Counted from the first letter of the stretch, positions 17,628 through 25,900 are shown. The stretch is 27,447 nucleotides of DNA from Chloroflexota bacterium (GCA_005881055.1 VBHW01000035.1:1-27447), one strand, 5' to 3'. Program-made: numbers and translations. The notes: generated from the sequence alone by a model not told the origin.

Positions 17628-18167
17628 TCAGGCGGGCGGCGTCGCTCCGCCGGAGGCGGGCCCGCCCGGGGTGCCGGGGGCACCGGTGGCTGCGGTTGGC
17701 CCGCCGGCCTGCGGGGGCCCGGGCGGCGGCGCTTCCTCGCCGTCGGTCTCGATGAGGCCCCGCGGGATCGACGGGATCTCGCCCTCGACCACGGCGTCGG
17801 CGGCCATCCCGGCCGCTTCGCCGGCGAGGCGCTGGCGCTCGGCCTGGATCTCGAGGCGGATCATCTCCATGCGGACGTCAACCGGCGGCGGGGCGAGCGA
17901 CGAGAGCTCGGCCGCGCTCGGGGCTTCGACCGTGTCTCCGGTCTCGCCGGACAGCAACCCGAGCAGGCCGCCACGCGGCTTCGCGGCGTTGCGGCCGCGC
18001 AGGACCGCCTCGGCGTCGATCGACGTGACGCCGGGCACGGTTCCCTCGGCCGACGCGATCAGGGCGGCACCGCACGACGGGCAGTTCACGGCACCGGCGG
18101 GAGCGACCGCCGAGCACCAGGGGCAACGTGTCGAATCGGGCGCTGGGGGGGCAACGTCCTCGGTCAT
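17628..18167 (-). CDS. Zinc-ribbon domain protein
   Basis: CPWC...CPSC near the N-terminus, a helical segment (VDVRMEMIRLEIQAERQRL) and a Pro/Gly tail. Confidence 0.8.
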   Translation of the reverse strand: MTEDVAPPAPDSTRCPWCSAVAPAGAVNCPSCGAALIASAEGTVPGVTSIDAEAVLRGRNAAKPRGGLLGLLSGETGDTVEAPSAAELSSLAPPPVDVRMEMIRLEIQAERQRLAGEAAGMAADAVVEGEIPSIPRGLIETDGEEAPPPGPPQAGGPTAATGAPGTPGGPASGGATPPA

Positions 18168-18173
18168 GGCCGA

Positions 18174-18179
18174 ACTCTA
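18174..18179 (-). promoter_or_regulatory. Candidate -10 box (TAGAGT), leaderless arrangement
   Basis: TAGAGT-tcggcc-ATG(18167), with no SD. Confidence 0.55.
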
Positions 18180-18245
18180 GCGTGGCATTGCAAGCGCTCG
18201 CACCCCTCGATGGTCAGGGGTTCCCTCGCGCCGACGCCCCTATCG

Positions 18246-20096
18246 TCACTCCCACTCGATGGTCGCGGGCGGCTTGCTGCTGATGTCGTAGACGACCCGG
18301 TTCACGCCGGGGACCTCGTTGACGATCCGCGACGAGATCTTCGCGAGGACGTCGTACGGGAGCTTCGCCCAGTCCGCCGTCATACCGTCCTCCGAGGTGA
18401 CCGCACGGATCGCCACGACGTTCGCGTACGTCCGGCCGTCGCCCATCACCCCGACCGAGCGGACCGGGGTGAGGATCGCGAACGACTGCCAGACCGAGCG
18501 GTACAGCCCGGCGGCCTTGATCTCGTCGATGACGATCCAGTCGGCGTCGCGCAGCATGTCGAGCCGTTCCCTGGTGACCTCGCCGATGATCCGGATCGCG
18601 AGGCCCGGCCCTGGGAACGGCTGGCGGTGGACCATCGCCTCCGGCAGCCCGAGCTCGAGGCCGACGGCCCGGACCTCGTCCTTGAACAGGTAGCGCAGCG
18701 GCTCGATGAGCTGGAAGCGCATGTCGGCCGGCAGGCCGCCGACGTTGTGGTGCGTCTTGATCTTCTGGGCGGCCTTCGTCTCGGGCGCGGTCGACTCGAT
18801 GACATCGGGATACAGCGTTCCCTGGGTGAGGAAGTCGATCCGACCGAGCGCCGCGGACTCCTCCTCGAACACCCGGATGAACTCGTCGCCGATGATCCGC
18901 CGCTTCTCCTCCGGATCGGCGACGCCGGCCAGGCGGCGGAGGAACCGCGCCGCCGCGTCGACCATGACGAGGCGCATCCCGAGATTCGCCTCGAACACCG
19001 CCCGCAGCAGCTGGGATTCCTTCTTGCGCATGAGCCCGTGGTCGACGTAGATGCACGTGAGTCGATCGCCCACGGCCCGCTGGACGAGCGCGGCCGCGAC
19101 CGCCGAGTCGACGCCGCCCGACAGCGCGCAGATGACCCGGCCCTCTGACTCGGTCGCTCGAGCGTGCTCGTCCACACGCGCCCGGATCTCGGCGACGGTC
19201 TCGTCGATGAAGTTCGTCGGGGTCCACGTCGTGCGAGCGCCGGCGATCCCGACGACGAAGTTCCGGAGCACGTCGCGGCCATGTGGGGTGTGCACCACCT
19301 CGGGGTGGAACTGGATGCCGTACAGGCCGCGCGCCGGATCGGCGAGTCCGGCGAAGGGAGTCGAATCCGTCTGCGCCGTCGCCCGGAAGCCCTCCGGCAG
19401 GCGCGTGATCGAGTCGCCGTGGCTCATCCAGACGGGCTGATCGCGGTCGAGCCCCGCGAAGAGGCCGTCGTCCCCGGTGAGCGAGACGCTCGCCGGCCCG
19501 TATTCGCGCTTGGCGGCCGGCAGGACGTCCCCGCCGAGCTCGCGCGCCATGAGCTGCGCCCCGTAGCATATGCCGAGCACCGGGATCCGCCCGCTCCAGA
19601 TGGCGGGATCGGGCATCGGCGCACCGTCGTCGTACACGGAGTTCGGGCCTCCGGAGAGGATGACCGCGCGGGGCCGCCGCCGCTCGATGTCGGCCCACGG
19701 CGTGTCGTGCGGCAGGAGCTCGCTGTAGACGTTGAGCTCGCGAATGCGGCGCGCGATGAGCTGGGCGAACTGGCTGCCGAAGTCGAGGACGATGATCGTG
19801 TCCGGCTCGACCCGGTCGCCGGTGGCGGTTGCCGAGCCTGGCGGTCGATCATCGGGCGAGCGCGCGGGCGCCGGAGCCTTCAGCGCGGTCTCGAGATAGG
19901 CCTCCACCTCGGCGTCGTCGGGCGCCAGGACGCGATGGCCCGCGTTGGCCGGCTCTCCGTGGATCGTCTTGCCGCGCTCGGACTTCAAGGCGCCGGGAGG
20001 CTGCGTCGGCGCGGCAGCGCTCGGCCTGGGTGGCGATTCGCTGGACCCATCTGCCGGCTCGTGGGCGCTCGGCGCTCGATCCACCGCCTCGGCCAA
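18246..20096 (-). CDS. guaA: Glutamine-hydrolysing GMP synthase with an N-terminal extension
   Basis: Motifs [49 protein letters not shown] and KPPATIEWE. The start is set at TTG 20096 (AGGAGG SD 5 nt upstream, TACACT at 20143-20148); ATG 20156 is the alternative. Confidence 0.96.
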   Translation of the reverse strand: MAEAVDRAPSAHEPADGSSESPPRPSAAAPTQPPGALKSERGKTIHGEPANAGHRVLAPDDAEVEAYLETALKAPAPARSPDDRPPGSATATGDRVEPDTIIVLDFGSQFAQLIARRIRELNVYSELLPHDTPWADIERRRPRAVILSGGPNSVYDDGAPMPDPAIWSGRIPVLGICYGAQLMARELGGDVLPAAKREYGPASVSLTGDDGLFAGLDRDQPVWMSHGDSITRLPEGFRATAQTDSTPFAGLADPARGLYGIQFHPEVVHTPHGRDVLRNFVVGIAGARTTWTPTNFIDETVAEIRARVDEHARATESEGRVICALSGGVDSAVAAALVQRAVGDRLTCIYVDHGLMRKKESQLLRAVFEANLGMRLVMVDAAARFLRRLAGVADPEEKRRIIGDEFIRVFEEESAALGRIDFLTQGTLYPDVIESTAPETKAAQKIKTHHNVGGLPADMRFQLIEPLRYLFKDEVRAVGLELGLPEAMVHRQPFPGPGLAIRIIGEVTRERLDMLRDADWIVIDEIKAAGLYRSVWQSFAILTPVRSVGVMGDGRTYANVVAIRAVTSEDGMTADWAKLPYDVLAKISSRIVNEVPGVNRVVYDISSKPPATIEWE

Positions 20097-20255
20097 TCCC
20101 ACCTCCTGTACCTCGAACGCGGGGCCCCCGCGCGTGCCCGTCAGTGTACCGGCCATGGCGCGGAGATCCGAGGGGAGATCCTAGGGTGACGCGGCCGATC
20201 GATGCGAGTAGCCTATCCGGCCTCACGGCCTCGAGAGCAGAGGAGGGGCCCAGCC

Positions 20256-21271
20256 ATGGCGAAGTCGAAGGCGAAAGCGGCCAAGCGCGCTCCGGCAGCC
20301 GGGTCCACGGCTGGGAACGCCGCCGCCGGCACCGCGGCACTGAATGACACTGCCGCGCTGAGGGCACCTGGCAAGGGTCGCGCGACGGGTGCGCGGAACG
20401 GGCACGAAACGCCGCGAAAGGGTCGATCGGCGGAGGCGGATCCCGCCGGCGGACGTGCCCGGAAGCGCTCAGGGTCCGTCCAGCAGGAAAGCGCGCTCGA
20501 CCCGAAGCTCGTCAATCCGCCGGTCGAGACCCCGGCGCAGCGGTCGCGCAAGATCTCGACGAGCGACTACCTGGCGGACCTCGCAAAGCGGTCGTCATCG
20601 TGTTCGAGGGCCGGGACGCGGCGGGCAAGGGCGGCGCGATCAAGACGATCACCCAGAGCCTCAACCCGCGTTTCGCGAGGGTCGTGGCGCTGGGCACACC
20701 CACCGAGCGCGAGAAGACGCAGTGGTACTTCCAGCGCTACGTCCCGCACCTGCCCGCGGCGGGCGAGATGGTCCTGTTCGACCGGAGCTGGTACAACCGG
20801 GCCGGCGTCGAGCGAGTCATGGGCTTCTGCACGGACGAGGAACACGCCGAGTTCCTCCGCTCGTGCCCGGAGTTCGAGCGGATGCTCGTCCGGTCCGGGA
20901 TCCTCATCGTCAAGTACTGGTTCTCGGTCAGCGACGCTGAGCAGGAGCGACGCTTCCAGAGCCGGATCGACGATCCGACGAAGCGCTGGAAGCTCAGCCC
21001 GATGGACCTCCAGTCGCGGGCCCGTTGGGTCGAGTACTCCAAGGCCAAGGACGAGATGTTCAAGTACACGGACATCAAGCAGGCGCCCTGGTACGTGGTG
21101 AATGCCGACAACAAGAAGCGGGCACGCCTCAACGTCATCCGCCACCTGCTGAGCCTCATCCCGTACCGCGACCTGACGCCGGAGGCGATCGTGCTGCCAC
21201 CGCGCGAGCCGGACGCGGGCTACGTCCGCCCGCCGATGACCGACCAGACGTTCGTCCCCGAACCGTACTGA
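20256..21271 (+). pseudogene. ppk2: Polyphosphate kinase 2 (class I-like), split by a frameshift near 20585-20591
   Basis: ATG 20256 with a GAGGAGG SD opens a K/A/R-rich N-terminus ending ...KISTSDYLADLAK. The catalytic part (VVIVFEGRDAAGKGG, DRSWYNR, RWKLSPMD, NADNKKRARLN) is in another frame from 20591 to 21271. Confidence 0.8.
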
Positions 21272-21449
21272 GGACGGTTCCGGACAGGGTCCGCTCTGGG
21301 GTCCCCGGCGACGCGCGGAACCACCAGGCGGGACCTCCAGAACGAACGAAGCGGCGCCCCGGTCAGTGCGGGCGCCGCTCCGTGACACCGGCGACGGGAG
21401 GAGGAGGAGACGCCGCCGGTGTGAGATCCATCGTGTTCTCGGACCGTGA

Positions 21450-21533
21450 TTCGATTGTTGTTCGGCTGTTCTTCGGCTGTTCTTCGGTTGTTCTTCTGTT
21501 GTTCTTCGATTGTTCTTCGATTGTTCTTCGGTT
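21450..21533. repeat. Tandem array of 11-bp units, consensus TTCG(A/G)(T/C)TGTTC: 7 full copies plus a partial
   Basis: Units start at 21450, 21461, 21472, 21483, 21494, 21505 and 21516, with a partial unit at 21527. The array is strongly AT-enriched relative to the window. Confidence 0.95.
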
Positions 21534-21552
21534 CGAAGCTGGCCGAGCCGGG

Positions 21553-21663
21553 TCAGCGTCGCCGCTGCGCCAGGCGACCGCCGGACGCGCCGAGGCGGGC
21601 GGCAACGACGTCCAGCGTGACGAGCATCGCGATCGCGAAGATCAGCGTCATCGTGGCGTCCAC
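21553..21663 (-). CDS. Putative 36-aa single-TM micro-protein
   Basis: My translation is MDATMTLIFAIAMLVTLDVVAARLGASGGRLAQRRR*. GTG start with GGAG 8 nt upstream; a hydrophobic helix followed by a basic tail. It is below the ORF-track size cutoff. Confidence 0.55.
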   Translation of the reverse strand: MDATMTLIFAIAMLVTLDVVAARLGASGGRLAQRRR

Positions 21664-21778
21664 TGCCTGCACTCCGAGCGTCCCCGGATGGCTCCGGCCA
21701 TCGGCCGAGCTCACCGGTCAGCGCTGATGGTCGGTCGTGCCGATCTCCCGCGCGTCGGCGATTCGCATCCGGCGTGAA

Positions 21779-21808
21779 CCGACAAGTGTCGGCGTGACGA
21801 CATCGTCA
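21779..21808. promoter_or_regulatory. Two adjacent perfect 6-2-6 palindromes (candidate operators)
   Basis: CCGACA-AG-TGTCGG at 21779-21792 and TGACGA-CA-TCGTCA at 21795-21808. Confidence 0.35.
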
Positions 21809-21887
21809 TTCGTCGATGCGGGCGGAACCGCGGTCTGGCGTTGCTGTTCAGGATGGCGATGCGGAGACGAGGTGGAGGCGAGGTGGC

Positions 21888-23147
21888 TCAGCGACTCCGC
21901 TGCCAGGACTTGCCCTCGGTGGCGACCGCAGGGGCGTAGACCATCTCGACGCGCTGCATCTCCGGGATCGTGCGCGCGCCGAGCGCCGCCATGCTCTGCC
22001 GGAGGGCGCCGACGAGGTTCTCGCTGCCGTCCGTCACCTCGGCCGGGCCGAGGAGGATCCGCTCGAGCGTTCCGCGCGTTCCGACCGTGATCCGCGTGCC
22101 GCGCGGCAGCGTGGGGGACGGCGCCGCCATTCCCCAGTTCGTGCCGCTGCCGGGCGCCTCGACGGCCCGAGCGAGCGGCGATCCCAGCATGAGCACGTCG
22201 GCACCCGCCGCGATCGCCTTGGCGAGCTCGCCGCCACGGCGCATCCCGCCGTCGGCGACGACCGGGACATAGCGTCCCGTCTCGGCGAGGTACGCGTCGC
22301 GGGCGGCCGCGACGTCGCTGATCGCGGTGACCTGGGGCACGCCGATCCCGAGCACCTCGCGGGTCGTGCACGCGGCACCCGGCCCTACCCCGACGAACAC
22401 CGCGGCTGCGCCCTGCTCCATGAGCGCGAAGGCCGCTTCGCTGTTCGTCGTGTTGCCGACCGCGACCGGGATCGGCATGAAGCGCGTGAAGTCAGACAGC
22501 TCGAGCGGCTCGTAGCCGGTAGCGAGATGGCGCGCGCTGCTCACCTGGCTCTGGACGAGGAACAGGTCGGCGCCGTGCTCCGCGCAGAAGGGTCCGAAAC
22601 GACGCGCCGCGGCCGGGGTCGCGGCAACCGCCGCTCGAGAGCCCGCAGCGTGGATCTCCTCGATCCGCCGCGCGACGAGCTCCTCACGGACGGGCTCGGC
22701 GTACGCCTCGGCGAGGAAGGCATGGACGTCCGCCTCGGGCGCCGACGCGATCCGGTCGAGCACGGCCCCTGGGTCGTCGTAGCGCGTCTGCACGCCCTCG
22801 AGGTTGAGGACGGCGAGGCCTCCGAGGCGGGCCAGCTCGCCCGCCATCCGCGGATCGACGACGGCATCCATCGCGGCGGCGAGGATCGGAATCGCCAGCG
22901 GAATGCCGCAGAACTCCTGGGCGAGGTCGACGTCGGCCGGCTCGATCGTGCTCGTTCCGGGAGCCAGCGAGACGTCCTCGAAGCCGTACGTCGGTCGGAG
23001 ATGGTCGACCTTCGAGCGGAAGGCCCGCCGCTGGGCCGGTCGAGGTGCCGCCGCGGCGGGCGCGCCGCCGGTGGATGAGCCGGAGGTCGATGCGTCGGCG
23101 GTCTGTGCTCCGGCGGTCGAGCCGGGAACGTCGGATCCCTGGAGCAA
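21888..23147 (-). CDS. guaB3: GuaB3-family IMP dehydrogenase-related protein
   Basis: Motifs YGFEDVSLAP, IPILAAAMDAVV, GGLAVLNLEGVQTRY, catalytic loop VGVGPGAACTTREVLGIGVPQ, ADGGMRRGG and NWGMA. TTG start with a GGAGG SD. Confidence 0.92.
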   Translation of the reverse strand: MLQGSDVPGSTAGAQTADASTSGSSTGGAPAAAAPRPAQRRAFRSKVDHLRPTYGFEDVSLAPGTSTIEPADVDLAQEFCGIPLAIPILAAAMDAVVDPRMAGELARLGGLAVLNLEGVQTRYDDPGAVLDRIASAPEADVHAFLAEAYAEPVREELVARRIEEIHAAGSRAAVAATPAAARRFGPFCAEHGADLFLVQSQVSSARHLATGYEPLELSDFTRFMPIPVAVGNTTNSEAAFALMEQGAAAVFVGVGPGAACTTREVLGIGVPQVTAISDVAAARDAYLAETGRYVPVVADGGMRRGGELAKAIAAGADVLMLGSPLARAVEAPGSGTNWGMAAPSPTLPRGTRITVGTRGTLERILLGPAEVTDGSENLVGALRQSMAALGARTIPEMQRVEMVYAPAVATEGKSWQRSR

Positions 23148-23201
23148 GCTGTCCTCCGTGTCGTCGCGGCCGCGTCCGCGGGCCGGAGCAGGTTGCGGGT
23201 C

Positions 23202-23207
23202 AGTCTA
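23202..23207 (-). promoter_or_regulatory. Candidate -10 box (TAGACT) for guaB3
   Basis: tttggTAGACT lies about 55 nt upstream of the TTG at 23147. Confidence 0.45.
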
Positions 23208-23299
23208 CCAAAGGGCGACCCGCCGCCCGGGCAGTCTCGGTGTCCGAGCGCTCGCCGCGATCGACCCTCGGTGCCTCCTCGCTTCCACCACCTGGCAAT

Positions 23300-23441
23300 G
23301 GGGCGCTCGAAGACGGGAGTCGCGCCCCTGAGGGTCGACCGTGAGAGCCGGAGTCAGACGAGAACGGCTTACCGCCGGCTGGAGAACGCCTTCGAGATGC
23401 CGCGTTCGCCGTCTACCAGTGCCCGCGTTGCTCCCTGACGG
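23300..23441 (-). ncRNA. Candidate structured RNA between the NUDIX gene and guaB3 (unassigned)
   Basis: Nested helices 23339-23348/23430-23441 and 23356-23368/23399-23414, followed by a 7-bp GC hairpin at 23300-23306/23322-23328. Plus-strand A-C mismatches become G-U pairs on the minus strand. Confidence 0.3.
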
Positions 23442-23481
23442 AAACGGCCGATGGCGCCGACTCGCTGGGGCCGCCGACGGG

Positions 23482-23967
23482 TCAGCCGACGATCCGCCGC
23501 CCATCGAGCGAGAGCTCGAACCAGGGAGCCCGCTCCGGGTCGAGGAGGTGGCTCTCGATCCTCCCGATCGCCACGTCGTACGCCGGCCAGACGACGAGTG
23601 CCCGTGCCCCGGCCGCGTCCACCCAGCGCATGTCGTCGTGCTCGTGCGACAGCGCCGGCTCGGCGGTCGGCCGCACGCGGACCGCGAAGACCGCCGCGCT
23701 CAGGATCGCGTCGACCGACGGCTACTGGTTCACGATATCCAGGTCGTAGAACGCCTCGACCGCATCGGGGCCGTACCCCGTCTCCTCGAGGACCTCCCGG
23801 AGTGCCGCCGCGGCGACCCGCTCGCTCGGCTCGACGGAACCCGTCACGCATTGCCAGAGGCCAGGCAGGATCCGGCCGGGGGCGCGGTGGATGAGGAGGA
23901 TCTCGAGGCCCCGGGCTCCGGCCCGGTAGACCCAGCATTCGACGAGGTCGGGCCGGGTCGGGCTCAC
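23482..23967 (-). pseudogene. NudB-like NUDIX hydrolase interrupted by an in-frame TAG (23722-23724)
   Basis: WQCVTGS plus a perfect Nudix box GSVEPSERVAAAALREVLEETG. The same frame continues after the TAG with the NUDIX C-terminus (LSHEHDDMRWV...LVVWP) to the TGA at 23482. The GTG start overlaps the DinB stop (GTGA). Confidence 0.85.
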
Positions 23968-24587
23968 GCCGGCGACCTCGACAGCTGACCCGCGCGGACA
24001 TCGCCCGCCGGGGCAAGCTGCGCCGCGAGCTGGTGGAGCTGCTCGAGGTGCATGCAATCGTGGACGCCCGCGAAGAGCAGCCATTCCCCGCAGCGCAGCC
24101 GCCCGACGAGCGGATGGTCGAGCGGGCATGGGTCGGTCTCGTGGCCCGCGATCGTTCGCGCGGCGCGCTCGATCGTGCGCTGGCTCGTCGCCAGCCGACC
24201 GAGCAGCCGCTCTCGTGTGGCCTCGGACGAGCCGGGCACGCCGGGGACGATCGGCGCGGCGTTGGCCGGGAACCTGCCGCTCGCGGCGAGCAAGGCAGCC
24301 AGCGACAGGCCGGCACGCGCATGCGCGACGTGGCCGACCGCCTGCACCACGTTCCAGTCCGCCTCGCCGCCGGGCATCGCGAACGCGTCCTCCGGCAGGT
24401 CATGCACGATCGCGGCGAGTGCACCGCCGGTCGCGTCGAGCTGGGCGAGGACCGCCTCCGCGCTGCCGAACCCCGCCCCGCGCCTGACCTCGCGGCGAAC
24501 GCTGATGAATCGGCCGACCTCGATGCCGCGGTAGGCCGCGACGATATCCGGCGCCTTCGTCGCGAGCGTGTCCAGCCACTCCATCAC
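23964..24587 (-). CDS. DinB/YfiT-family protein
   Basis: WNVVQAVGH...HPLVGRL...WLLFAGVHDCMHLEQL gives a three-His metal triad. It is the C-terminal part of track ORF 23964..25796. TACGCT lies 7 nt before GTG-ATG. Confidence 0.85.
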   Translation of the reverse strand: MMEWLDTLATKAPDIVAAYRGIEVGRFISVRREVRRGAGFGSAEAVLAQLDATGGALAAIVHDLPEDAFAMPGGEADWNVVQAVGHVAHARAGLSLAALLAASGRFPANAAPIVPGVPGSSEATRERLLGRLATSQRTIERAARTIAGHETDPCPLDHPLVGRLRCGEWLLFAGVHDCMHLEQLHQLAAQLAPAGDVRAGQLSRSPA

Positions 24588-24594
24588 GGTCGGC

Positions 24595-24600
24595 AGCGTA
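24595..24600 (-). promoter_or_regulatory. Candidate -10 box (TACGCT), leaderless arrangement
   Basis: TACGCT-gccgacc-GTG(24587). Confidence 0.5.
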
Positions 24601-24673
24601 CGCCAGCCGCCGGGCGGGGCACCGCGTCGTGCGGGCGATCGGCGACGCCGCCCGCCATCGACCGCCGGGACCG

Positions 24674-25900
24674 TCAGCGATGGCCGCTCGCCATGCGTGT
24701 CGCCTCCGGCCGCAGGCGCAGGCGGGCCATGGCCACGATCCCGACCATTGGTCCGAGCGCCAGCGCAGCGAAGGCCACCCGCCATCCGATACCGTCGGTC
24801 GGGCTGAGCGCTCCGACGCCGAGGATCGTCACGACCGTGAGCAGGAACCCGATGGCGAGCTGGAGCGAGAGCGCGCTCCCGGCCGTGCCTGCGGGGGCAA
24901 GCTCCGAGATCGCGGCCGAGAACTGGGCCGAGTCCGCGACGACCGTCAGGCCCCACACGAGCCCGAGCGCGACGACGGCAGCCGGCGGACCACCGAACAG
25001 GAACCCGATCGCGACGGCCGAGCTGCCACTTGCCGCCATCGCCACGATCGTCAGCGTCGTGCGCCCGAGCCGGTCGGCGAGCGCGCCTGCCACGACGCAG
25101 CCGGCTCCGCCAACCGCGACGACGGCAAACGCGCCGAGACTCGCCGTTCCAGGATCGGTCAGCCCGGCGGCCGCGAAGCTCGCGACGAGGAACGTGGGGA
25201 CCCACGTCCACCTCGCGTACAGCTCCCACATGTGTCCGAGGTACCCGAGGTTCGCGAGTCGCACCGACGGCTCGCGGAGCGCGGTCGCGGCCAGGCGCCA
25301 GGAGAACCGGTTGGCGCGGGCCTCGAGCGGCCCCGACGCCGCAGCGAGGGCCGCCATCAGCACGATCTCTCGCCAGTCCGCCGCGGCGAGCGCGCCGACC
25401 GCGCGCAGCAGGTGCGGCAGCGCCGACCCGACCGTGAGGGCACCGATGACGACGCCGATCGCGAGACCCCGGTCGCGCCGGAACCAGCCGGCGACGATCT
25501 TGAGCGCCGGCGGGTAGACAGCAGCCAGCGCCGCTCCCGTCGCGAGGCGGAGGAGGATTCCGCTGACGGGGTCGCGGGCCACCAGGGCGAACGCGGCCGT
25601 CGCGACCGCCGCCGTCCACGCGCCGGCCACGAACATCACGGGCGATGGGAGCACGTCGGTGGCGCCGCTGATGGCCAGCGCCAGGGCACCCAGCGCGAAC
25701 CCGACCTGCACGGCGACCGTGAGGAGTGTCAGCCCGAGGCCACTCGCGTGCCATTCGTCGCGGAGGAGCGGTGCGACCGCCGATGCGCTGAACCACGGCG
25801 CCATCGCGAGGAGGAGCCCGGCGGCGAGGAAGGCGAGCGTCAGCCAGCGACCCGGCGGCTCCTCCGCGAGCCCGCCCGTCCCGTGTTCAGCCTCGCGCAT
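24674..25900 (-). CDS. MFS transporter
   Basis: About 12 hydrophobic segments in 408 aa, with motifs WFRRDRGLAIG, GYLGHMWELYA and GALADRLGR (MFS motif A-like). Confidence 0.9.
   Translation of the reverse strand: MREAEHGTGGLAEEPPGRWLTLAFLAAGLLLAMAPWFSASAVAPLLRDEWHASGLGLTLLTVAVQVGFALGALALAISGATDVLPSPVMFVAGAWTAAVATAAFALVARDPVSGILLRLATGAALAAVYPPALKIVAGWFRRDRGLAIGVVIGALTVGSALPHLLRAVGALAAADWREIVLMAALAAASGPLEARANRFSWRLAATALREPSVRLANLGYLGHMWELYARWTWVPTFLVASFAAAGLTDPGTASLGAFAVVAVGGAGCVVAGALADRLGRTTLTIVAMAASGSSAVAIGFLFGGPPAAVVALGLVWGLTVVADSAQFSAAISELAPAGTAGSALSLQLAIGFLLTVVTILGVGALSPTDGIGWRVAFAALALGPMVGIVAMARLRLRPEATRMASGHR

Noticed and set aside
18202-18221. ACCCCT/AGGGGT hairpin after guaA as an intrinsic terminator
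   Set aside because: The stem is 6 bp with no following U-tract on the minus strand, which is not enough to call a terminator.
20580-20600. Programmed -1 frameshift in ppk2
   Set aside because: There is no X_XXY_YYZ slippery site, and conserved residues appear to be missing, which fits a deletion better.
21450-21533. Possible CRISPR array
   Set aside because: The units are contiguous 11-mers with no spacers, and there are no cas genes in the window. The 23-bp duplication at 2476-2520 likewise has no spacer.
21363-21605. Minus-strand ORF reading through the array as an 11-aa repeat (NRRTIEEQSKN...)
   Set aside because: The peptide periodicity follows automatically from three 11-bp units. 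There is no SD, and it overlaps the better-supported micro-ORF in another frame.
23283-23330. TTCCACCA followed by GGGGCG, reminiscent of the ends of tmRNA or tRNA (permuted tmRNA)
   Set aside because: There is no T-arm (GGTTCGAnTCC) before the CCA and no acceptor-stem complementarity.
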